From Gemmatimonadota bacterium (GTDB taxonomy: Bacteria > Gemmatimonadota > Gemmatimonadetes > Longimicrobiales > RSA9), in contig JBBDRO010000021.1 in the NCBI GenBank assembly GCA_040905425.1, positions 10,396 through 51,391 on the forward strand: DNA of 40,996 bases. The letters are read 5' to 3'. Under the pieces are notes generated by a model that had not been told where the DNA came from, searched no databases, and saw only the letters and a list, made by a program, of their open reading frames with translations. Made by a program: the position numbers and the translations under genes. The stretch's first letter is position 1. The number at the start of each line of letters is the position of its first letter. Of this stretch, positions 16,479-23,866 are shown piece after piece.

Positions 16479-17464
16479 TGCAGCACCGCCGAACCCCAAG
16501 TGAAGCCGGCACCGAACGCGCACAACAGCACCTTGCTCCCCTCCTTGATGCGCCCCTGCTCCACCGCCTCGTCCAGCGCCACGGGTATGGTGGCCGAGCT
16601 CATGTTGCCGTAGCGGTCCACGTTCACGAAGGTCTTTTCCATGGGGATGCCGGCGTACTTGGCGGTACTCTCGATGATACGGATGTTGGCCTGGTGCGGC
16701 ACCATGAGGTCAATGTCATCCGCCGTCAGACCGGCCCTCAGGAGCGCCTGGTCCGCCGACTCCGCCATGGAGCGCACGGCGGCCTTGAATACCTCCCGGC
16801 CGGCCATCCTCACCAGGTGGGAGCGCTCGTCCAGCACGGCCAGGTCCATGGGGATCCGGGCGCCGCCCGAGGGGCGCCAGAGGAGCTCGGCCAGCGTGCC
16901 GTCCGAACGCATGAAGCTGGACAGGATGCCGCGGCCATTGGTGGCGCGGCGCACGATGGCGGCGCCGGCCCCGTCACCGAAGAGAATGCACGTGGCCCGG
17001 TCCGACCAGTCCACGATGGCGCTCATCTTCTCCACGCCCACCACCAGCACGATCTCGCCCCGGCCCGCCGCGATGTGCCCCTCCGCCACGTTCAGCCCGT
17101 AGAGGAACCCCGAGCAGGCGGCCGACAGGTCGAAGGCGGCGGCGTTCGTGGCGCCGAGCAGGGCCTGCATGTCGCACGCCGTGGACGGCAGCAGCCGATC
17201 CGGCGTTGCGGTGGCCAGCACGATGAGGTCTACCTCGCCCGCTTTCACACCGGCCCGCTCCATGGCAATGCGTGCCGCGGCCGCGCCCATGTCGGCGGCG
17301 CCCTCGTCAGCGGCGGCGATGCGCCGCTCCGAGATGCCGGTCCGCTCGCGGATCCACTGGTCATCGGTGTCGACCAGCGCCTCCAGCTCCGCGTTCGTCA
17401 TGATGCGTTCGGGCAGGTAGCGACCCGTGGCGGCAATCTCCACGATCGGCCTGGGCGCCTTCAT
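16472..17464 (-). CDS. fabH: 3-oxoacyl-ACP synthase III
   Basis: Catalytic triad motifs AACSGF, HQAN and GNMSSA. Confidence 0.97.
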   Translation of the reverse strand: MKAPRPIVEIAATGRYLPERIMTNAELEALVDTDDQWIRERTGISERRIAAADEGAADMGAAAARIAMERAGVKAGEVDLIVLATATPDRLLPSTACDMQALLGATNAAAFDLSAACSGFLYGLNVAEGHIAAGRGEIVLVVGVEKMSAIVDWSDRATCILFGDGAGAAIVRRATNGRGILSSFMRSDGTLAELLWRPSGGARIPMDLAVLDERSHLVRMAGREVFKAAVRSMAESADQALLRAGLTADDIDLMVPHQANIRIIESTAKYAGIPMEKTFVNVDRYGNMSSATIPVALDEAVEQGRIKEGSKVLLCAFGAGFTWGSAVLQW

Positions 17465-18513
17465 GCGTCCTCCTCGGCGGACCCGGCGGATCCGTACGCC
17501 GCGGGTTCGTGTGGCGTGCGCGAGACCTCCACGTCCCCGGGGTGGCTCTCCACCTCGTCCCGGATGTGGCCTACCAGGCGTGTGTCCACGGCCTGGACGG
17601 CTACCCGGATGGCGTTGGCAATGGCCCGCGGCGGCGAGCCGCCATGACAGATGATCGAGACGCCGTTCACGCCCAGCAGCGGGGCGCCACCGTACTCCGT
17701 GTAGTCGAACACGTGGAAGAGCCGGTCCAGGTCCACGCGCGCTTCCTGCTCCGCCAGCTCCTGGCGCAGCAGACGGTGCATGAAGCCCGTCACGGACTCG
17801 TAGAACTTGAGCAGCACATTGCCCACGAAGCCGTCGGCCACCAGCACGTCGCAGGTGCCACGCACCACGTCATACCCCTCCACGTTGCCGATGAAGTTCA
17901 GGTCACTCGCGGCCAGCAGTCGATGGGCGGCCACGGTCCGCTCGTCCCCCTTCTCGGGCTCCTCGCCGATGTTCAGCAGCCCCACCCGGGGCCGCGACCG
18001 GCGCCAGAGGTCTTCCACGTACACGCTGCCCAGGCGGGCGAACTGGAGCAGATGCGCGGGCTTGCAGTCCACGTTCGCGCCGGCGTCCAGGAGCATGATC
18101 GGCTGGGCGGCGGTGGGCAGGGGCGTACCGATGGCGGGGCGGTCCACGCCCGGGAGGGGACGGAGCAGGAAGAGCGAGGCAGCCATCACCGCGCCGGTGG
18201 AGCCGGCGCTCACGAAGGCGTCGGACGTGCCTTCGCGTTGCATGCCCAGGCCCATGACGATGGACGACTTCGGCTTGCGCCGCACGGCGGTCACGGCCGG
18301 CTCGCCGGGCTTGATGACCTCCGGGGTGTGGACCACGTGCAAGCGGTCCTGCGGGTAGTTCTCGCATACGGCCAGCTCCGCCTCGATGGCGGTGCCGTCC
18401 CCGAGCAGGACCACCTCGAAATCCCCGGATACTTCACGGAGCGCACGCACCGCACCCTGCACTTCCACGTGCGGGTGACGGTCCGTGCCCATGGCATCCA
18501 GCGCAATCCGCAC
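17461..18513 (-). CDS. plsX: Phosphate acyltransferase PlsX
   Basis: RIALDAMG, SAGSTGA, LDAGANVD and DGFVGN. GTG 18513 follows GAGGGG. Confidence 0.96.
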   Translation of the reverse strand: MRIALDAMGTDRHPHVEVQGAVRALREVSGDFEVVLLGDGTAIEAELAVCENYPQDRLHVVHTPEVIKPGEPAVTAVRRKPKSSIVMGLGMQREGTSDAFVSAGSTGAVMAASLFLLRPLPGVDRPAIGTPLPTAAQPIMLLDAGANVDCKPAHLLQFARLGSVYVEDLWRRSRPRVGLLNIGEEPEKGDERTVAAHRLLAASDLNFIGNVEGYDVVRGTCDVLVADGFVGNVLLKFYESVTGFMHRLLRQELAEQEARVDLDRLFHVFDYTEYGGAPLLGVNGVSIICHGGSPPRAIANAIRVAVQAVDTRLVGHIRDEVESHPGDVEVSRTPHEPAAYGSAGSAEEDA

Positions 18514-18606
18514 GAACGCCCCCTCAGCCGAGTGAGCAGCCGCCCCGGTCACCGCCGGTGCGGACGTGACTGCGCGCGCCACCGCGCCACATCGCCGAAC
18601 GGCGGA

Positions 18607-18789
18607 CTACAGCTCTTCGACTTCCAGGACCTGCTCGCCCCGGTAGTGGCCACAGCTGGGGCAGACGCGATGCGGGATCTTGGGGTCGCCGCAGTTGGGG
18701 CACGAATGCAGCGTGGGCATTTCGGCCCGCACGTCGCCACGCCGCTTGCGCTTGCGCTGCTTGGAAATCTTCTTCTTGGGTACAGCCAT
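18607..18789 (-). CDS. rpmF: 50S ribosomal protein L32 (zinc-ribbon form)
   Basis: MAVPKKKISKQRKRKRR; CPNC...HRVCPSCGHY. Confidence 0.98.
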   Translation of the reverse strand: MAVPKKKISKQRKRKRRGDVRAEMPTLHSCPNCGDPKIPHRVCPSCGHYRGEQVLEVEEL

Positions 18790-18804
18790 GAGATCCTCCC
18801 GTGA

Positions 18805-19314
18805 TCAATCGGACAACAACCGCTTGAGCGGCGCCCACCGTTCGTCTTCGTCCGCCACGACGCAGCTGCAGTCCGCTTCGTTCAGATTCGTTCCACAGAC
18901 GGGACAGAGCCCGCGGCACGCTTCGCTACACAACGCATACTGGGGCAGCGCCAGCAGCAGATGCTCCCGCACCGCCGGCCCCAGGTCCAGCTCATGCGCC
19001 CGCGCGGGCAGCGGGTAGGCCTCCGCGGCCTCCGCCTCCGCCGGCTCCACGTCCTCGCGGTAGACCAGCGTCAACGGCGCCTCCACCTCGGCCTCCACAG
19101 TGGCCAGGCAGCGCCGACAGCCGAGCCGCACACGCCCCGTGGCCCGACCCCGCACCACCACGTCCAGGCCGCTGTACTGCGCCCTGGCCTCCACCCGCAC
19201 CGGATCCGCCAGTTCGACCCCGGTCCCCTCCACGAGGGCGGCGTCGGGCGGCAATTCGGCATCGATCAGGACACTGCCCTGCCGTTCCAACCGGCCCAGA
19301 TCGACCGTCAGCAT
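18805..19314 (-). CDS. yceD: YceD/DUF177 family protein
   Basis: CRRCL...LCSEACRGLCPVCGTNLN...C.C...DERWAPL, directly upstream of rpmF. Confidence 0.93.
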   Translation of the reverse strand: MLTVDLGRLERQGSVLIDAELPPDAALVEGTGVELADPVRVEARAQYSGLDVVVRGRATGRVRLGCRRCLATVEAEVEAPLTLVYREDVEPAEAEAAEAYPLPARAHELDLGPAVREHLLLALPQYALCSEACRGLCPVCGTNLNEADCSCVVADEDERWAPLKRLLSD

Positions 19315-19322
19315 AGTCGTGA

Positions 19323-19351
19323 AAGATGGAGGAAAACCAGGCGCCTGTCAA
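19323..19351 (-). promoter_or_regulatory. Sigma70 promoter of the yceD-rpmF-plsX-fab operon (TTGACA-17-CATCTT)
   Basis: Perfect -35 at 19351-19346, 17-nt spacer, -10 at 19328-19323. The ATG lies 8 nt downstream with no SD. Confidence 0.7.
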
Positions 19352-19435
19352 CGGATCGGCGGTAACGGGGTCACCGTCTGCAAGCGACGATGCCCGTCGG
19401 CGCGCCCCGCGCACGCCAGGCTCCGGCGCGGCCGC

Positions 19436-19858
19436 CTACGCGGCCCCGATGACGTCCGCCTCCGGGAAGAAGAACGCCGCTTCCGCGCGGGCGTTCTCAG
19501 CCGAATCGGAGGCATGGATGGCGTTGCGCTCCTTGGACTCGGCGTAGAGCGCACGCACCGTGCCCTCCGCCGCTTCCGCGGGATCGGTGGCGCCGATGAC
19601 CTCGCGCAGCTTCTTTACCGCGTCCTGACGCTCCAGGAGCACCGGCACCACCGGTCCGGAGGTCATGAACGCCACCAGCGACCCGTAGAAGGGCCGCTCC
19701 CTGTGTACGGCGTAGAAGGCGCCGGCCTGGGCCTCATCCAGGCGTAGCATGCGGAGTGTCCGGATGCGGAAGCCCTGCTCCTCGAGATGCGCCAGGATGC
19801 GCCCGGTGAGCCCGCGCCCCACGGCGTCCGGCTTCATGATGGCCAGTGTACGATCCAT
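19436..19858 (-). CDS. ndk: Nucleoside diphosphate kinase
   Basis: RTLAIMKPDAV, FMTSGP and NAIHASDS. Confidence 0.97.
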   Translation of the reverse strand: MDRTLAIMKPDAVGRGLTGRILAHLEEQGFRIRTLRMLRLDEAQAGAFYAVHRERPFYGSLVAFMTSGPVVPVLLERQDAVKKLREVIGATDPAEAAEGTVRALYAESKERNAIHASDSAENARAEAAFFFPEADVIGAA

Positions 19859-19862
19859 AGTC

Positions 19863-20744
19863 CTACCTGCCGAAGAGTTTGCGTATGATGTCACCCCGCG
19901 TGAGGAAGCCGGTCAGCTTCCCTTCACTGGTCACGGGGAACTGTTCCACGTCCTTGTTGATCATCATGCTGGCCACCTCCTCGAGGCCCATGTCCTCCGA
20001 GAGGCAGAGCACGGTGCGGCTCATGATGTCCCGCACCTTGAGCTCCGGCGCGGAGGCGGCCTCCTCCCCCTCGGCGTCGGCGCGGGGGATGCGCGGCCGC
20101 AGGGCCTTCATGAGGTCCCATTCGCTGATGATGCCCAGCACCTCCCGCTTCTCCCCCACCACGGGCAGCGCCCGCAGTCGGCGGGTCACCATCAGGTCAA
20201 TCGCCTCCCGGAGCGGCGTGTCCGGCGCCACGCTCTGGCCGCGGTGCACCATGATGTCGCGCACCGTGAGCCGGGGCTGGATGCGCAGCCCCGCGAATTC
20301 GGGGAGCGAGAGGACGTCATCGATGCTGCGTGCCCGGGAGAGCTGCTCCACCACCGGATCGCGGCGGAAGAGGCGTGCCAGGGCGCTGATGGTCTGCAGA
20401 TAGAGGGTGGCCGTGTCCGGCGGCGCCAGGATCAGCGCCACGATGCGCGGCCGCGGCCCCTCTTCCTCGGCGCCCTCCACTACGAGCGGCTCCGGCGCCA
20501 CGCCGAGCCCCACTACGAGCCGGTCCACGGCATCCGTCCGATAGTGTGGCAGCGCCACCTGGTCAGCGATCACCACGATGTCCCGGGCGCGGGCACCGCT
20601 TAGCCCCTGCTCCACCACACCGGCGTCCGACACGGCGCCCACGGCGGCCAGGTGGCGGGCCAGGTCGGCAACGGCTTCCCGCAGGGTGGCGCCGTCCAGC
20701 GGCACCACCACGTGCTCGCGAGGCAGAACGTCGAGCAGTTCCAT
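19863..20744 (-). CDS. PTS EIIA-like domain fused to a CBS-domain pair
   Basis: N-terminal EIIA-2-like fold with VALPH. C-terminal VRDIM...LPVV...GIISEWDL and VRDIMS...FPV...GFLTRGDII. Confidence 0.85.
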   Translation of the reverse strand: MELLDVLPREHVVVPLDGATLREAVADLARHLAAVGAVSDAGVVEQGLSGARARDIVVIADQVALPHYRTDAVDRLVVGLGVAPEPLVVEGAEEEGPRPRIVALILAPPDTATLYLQTISALARLFRRDPVVEQLSRARSIDDVLSLPEFAGLRIQPRLTVRDIMVHRGQSVAPDTPLREAIDLMVTRRLRALPVVGEKREVLGIISEWDLMKALRPRIPRADAEGEEAASAPELKVRDIMSRTVLCLSEDMGLEEVASMMINKDVEQFPVTSEGKLTGFLTRGDIIRKLFGR

Positions 20745-20753
20745 CGGCGGGCC

Positions 20754-21635
20754 CTACAGGGCCGCCTGCATGAGAGCCACGATGTCGGACGGCTTCCTGG
20801 CCACGCCGATACCGTTGTCCTCGAACGCCTGGATCTTCTCCTCGGCCGTCCCGGCGGAGCCGCTGATGATGGCGCCCGCGTGGCCCATGCGCCGTCCCGG
20901 CGGCGCAGTCTGCCCGGCAATGAAGCCCACCACAGGTTTGCTCATGTGCTGCTTCACGTAGGCCGCGGCCTCCTGCTCGTCCGTGCCGCCGATCTCGCCG
21001 ATCATCACCACGCCCTCCGTCTCCGGATCGGCCTCGAAGGCCTCCAGGCAGTCGATGAAATTGGTGCCGTTCACCGGATCACCGCCGATGCCCACGCAGG
21101 TGCTCTGGCCGATGTCGGCGTTGGTAAGCTGGTAGACCATCTCGTACGTGAGGGTCCCCGAACGGGAGACCACGCCGATTTTACCCTCCTGCGTGATCTG
21201 GCCGGGCAGGATGCCCACCTTGGACTTCCCCGGGGAGATGAGCCCCGGACAGTTCGGTCCGAGCAGGCGCACACCATGGTCCCGAACGAAGGCCAGAACC
21301 CGCGTCATGTCGAGCACCGGAACGCCCTCCGTGATGGCCACGACGAGCGCCACACCGGAGGCGGCGGCCTCCATGATGGCGTCCGCGGCGAAGGCGGGCG
21401 GCACGTAGATCACGGCGGTGTTGGCGCCGGTCTCGCGCACCGCTCGTTCCACGGTGTCGAAGATGGGGGCGGCTGCGTCGCCCGGCCCGTCGAAGGTCTG
21501 CCCGCCTTTGCCGGGCGTGACACCAGCCACCACCTGCGTGCCGTATTCCATCATCTGGCGGGCATGGAAGGCACCGTCCCGGCCGGTGATCCCCTGCACC
21601 ACCAGGCGCGTCTCACGATCGATGAAGATGGCCAT
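20754..21635 (-). CDS. sucD: Succinyl-CoA synthetase alpha subunit
   Basis: [22 protein letters not shown] and RMGHAGA. Confidence 0.98.
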   Translation of the reverse strand: MAIFIDRETRLVVQGITGRDGAFHARQMMEYGTQVVAGVTPGKGGQTFDGPGDAAAPIFDTVERAVRETGANTAVIYVPPAFAADAIMEAAASGVALVVAITEGVPVLDMTRVLAFVRDHGVRLLGPNCPGLISPGKSKVGILPGQITQEGKIGVVSRSGTLTYEMVYQLTNADIGQSTCVGIGGDPVNGTNFIDCLEAFEADPETEGVVMIGEIGGTDEQEAAAYVKQHMSKPVVGFIAGQTAPPGRRMGHAGAIISGSAGTAEEKIQAFEDNGIGVARKPSDIVALMQAAL

Positions 21636-21636
21636 C

Positions 21637-22788
21637 TCAGTTGCTCCCCTTCCCGTTGCCCCGTGCCCGCTCCACGGCCTGCTGCACCACCTCGTCCATG
21701 GAGGTGGTGGCGGACAGACCGGCTTCGTCCAGGATGCGCAGCGCCTCTTCCTCGTTGGTGCCGGTGAGACGGATGATGAGCGGCACGTCGATGTCGATCC
21801 TGCGCGTGGCCTCCACGATGCCGTTGGCCACGTCGTCGCACCGGGTGATGCCGCCAAAGATGTTGAAGCAGATCACCTTCACGTTCGGATCGCTGGTGAT
21901 GATGCGCAGCGCGTTGACCACCTTTTCCGGATTGGACGAGCCGCCGATGTCCAGGAAGTTGGCGGGCTCCCCACCGTAGTACTTGATGAGGTCCATGGTG
22001 GCCATGGCCAGCCCCGCCCCGTTCACGATATTGCCGATGTCCCCGTCCAGCTTGATGAAGGTGAGCCCGGCATCCCGCGCGGCGGTCTCCACCTCGGGCT
22101 CCGCCGACGTGTCCCGCATGGCCTCGATGGCGGGCCGGCGGAAGAGCTCATTGTCATCGATGTTGAACTTGGCGTCGAGCGCCTTGACCTCCCCTGCCGG
22201 CGTGGTGACCAGCGGGTTGATCTCCGCCAGCGACGCGCCCGCGGCCATGAAGGCGGCATAGAGCTGCCGCATGATCTTGGCGGCCGCGCGCTGCTGCGCC
22301 GTGTCATCGTAGAGGGCCGTGGCCAGCGTGTAGGCCTCGAAGGGCAGCAGGCCGTAGCGGGGGTCCACCGCAAGCTTGCGAATGGCGTCCGGGTTCGTGG
22401 CGGCCACCTCTTCGATGTCCACGCCGCCCTCGCGGCTGACCATGAAGACCGCGCGCTTGGAGTTGCGGTCCAGCACGATCCCCACGTACGCCTCGGAGGC
22501 AATGTCCTCCGCCGGAGCCACGAGGAGCTGGTGGACGGTGAGCCCCTTGATCTCCATGCCCAGGATGCGGCCGGCGTGGGCCTTGGCCTCGGCCGCGTCG
22601 GCGGCCAGCTTGACGCCGCCGGCCTTGCCCCGTCCACCCGCGTGGACCTGAGCCTTGACCACCACCTGTCCGCCGAATTCCCGGGCCAGCTTCTCGGCCT
22701 CCTCGGGCGTCGTGGCCACCCCACCAGGGGGTACCGGTACGCCGTGCTCGCGCAGGATGTCCCGCGCCTGGTACTCATGGATGTTCAT
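21637..22788 (-). CDS. sucC: Succinyl-CoA synthetase beta subunit
   Basis: [23 protein letters not shown] and [11 protein letters not shown]. Confidence 0.98.
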   Translation of the reverse strand: MNIHEYQARDILREHGVPVPPGGVATTPEEAEKLAREFGGQVVVKAQVHAGGRGKAGGVKLAADAAEAKAHAGRILGMEIKGLTVHQLLVAPAEDIASEAYVGIVLDRNSKRAVFMVSREGGVDIEEVAATNPDAIRKLAVDPRYGLLPFEAYTLATALYDDTAQQRAAAKIMRQLYAAFMAAGASLAEINPLVTTPAGEVKALDAKFNIDDNELFRRPAIEAMRDTSAEPEVETAARDAGLTFIKLDGDIGNIVNGAGLAMATMDLIKYYGGEPANFLDIGGSSNPEKVVNALRIITSDPNVKVICFNIFGGITRCDDVANGIVEATRRIDIDVPLIIRLTGTNEEEALRILDEAGLSATTSMDEVVQQAVERARGNGKGSN

Positions 22789-22806
22789 GGCGTTCTTGCG
22801 CTCCTC

Positions 22807-22860
22807 GTCACGACATGGACGCGGCCGGGCTGGAATCCGGCCCGGCCGCATCTCGATGAC
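22807..22860. other. Strong intergenic hairpin between carbamate kinase and sucC
   Basis: GCGGCCGGGC (22821-22830) pairs perfectly with GCCCGGCCGC (22840-22849), with outer GTCA/TGAC pairing and no U tract. Confidence 0.6.
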
Positions 22861-22866
22861 ATCATT

Positions 22867-23832
22867 TCAGGGGACGATGCTCGTCCCCGCTTCTCCGGCC
22901 ACGGCCGCGATGCCCCGGTCCAGCCGGGCAATGCACGCGCGACCTCCTCCTCCCCGTACGAACTCCACCGCCGCCTCCACCTTCGGTCGCATACTGCCGG
23001 AACCCAGTTCATCGGAGGCCAGCAGCGCCTCGGCCTCCACCAGCGTCAGGCGCTCCACCAGCACCTGCTCGGGCGTGTCGAAATGCCGGAACACTCCGTC
23101 CACGTTCGTCAGGATCAGCAGCAGCTCGGCATCGATCGCGTGTGCCAGCACGGCCGCCGCGCGATCCTTGTCGACCACCGCATCCACACCCTCCAGGCCC
23201 AGTTCGGGGTCCTCGTACACCGGGGTCCCGCCGCCGCCGAGCGCCACCACGATGGTGCCGTCCTCCACGAGGCGGCGCACCTGGGCGCCCTCCACCACGG
23301 CGGTCGGCCGCGGGGAGGGTACCATGCGCCGCCAGCCATCACCCGCCCGCCCCATGGTCCACCCCAGGTCGGCGCCCAGCTTGCGCGCTCTGGCCTCGTC
23401 CATGACGCGGCCAATCGGCTTCGAGGGCTCGCGCATGCTGGGATCCATCGGATCCACCATCACCTGCGTCACCACCGTGGCCACCGGCCGGTCCACCCCC
23501 GCACGCGCCAGCGCATTCTGCAGCGACTGCTGAATCATGTAGCCGATCCAGCCCGCCGTGGCGGCCACCAGCACACCCAGCGGCAGCGGCGGCACCTCGT
23601 GGCGCGCCAGTTCGTTGCGCAACAGTCCGTCCCCGACCTGCGGGCCGTTGCCGTGCACCACGGCCAGGTGCCAGCCCTCGCGCGCCAACTCCACCAGCGC
23701 TTCCATGCTCTCGCGCGTGTGCGCGAACTGCTCATGGATGCCGCCGTGCTCGCCGGGGGCCTGCAGGGCGTTGCCGCCGATCGCCACCACGATGGTGTGT
23801 TCCTGGCCACCGGGATTGAGCCGGGCAATCAT
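22867..23832 (-). CDS. arcC: Carbamate kinase
   Basis: VVAIGGNAL, HGNGPQVG, GGGGTPV, DAVVDKD and GSMRPKV. ATG 23832 follows GGAGG. Confidence 0.93.
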   Translation of the reverse strand: MIARLNPGGQEHTIVVAIGGNALQAPGEHGGIHEQFAHTRESMEALVELAREGWHLAVVHGNGPQVGDGLLRNELARHEVPPLPLGVLVAATAGWIGYMIQQSLQNALARAGVDRPVATVVTQVMVDPMDPSMREPSKPIGRVMDEARARKLGADLGWTMGRAGDGWRRMVPSPRPTAVVEGAQVRRLVEDGTIVVALGGGGTPVYEDPELGLEGVDAVVDKDRAAAVLAHAIDAELLLILTNVDGVFRHFDTPEQVLVERLTLVEAEALLASDELGSGSMRPKVEAAVEFVRGGGGRACIARLDRGIAAVAGEAGTSIVP

Positions 23833-23866
23833 AACCGGGCCTCCATAGGGCTGCAAGCAAATCTGA

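Noticed and set aside
18514..18606. Structured rpmF-plsX spacer or extended PlsX N-terminus
   Set aside because: Only weak GC hairpins are present, and GTG 18513 has a good SD and matches the family start.
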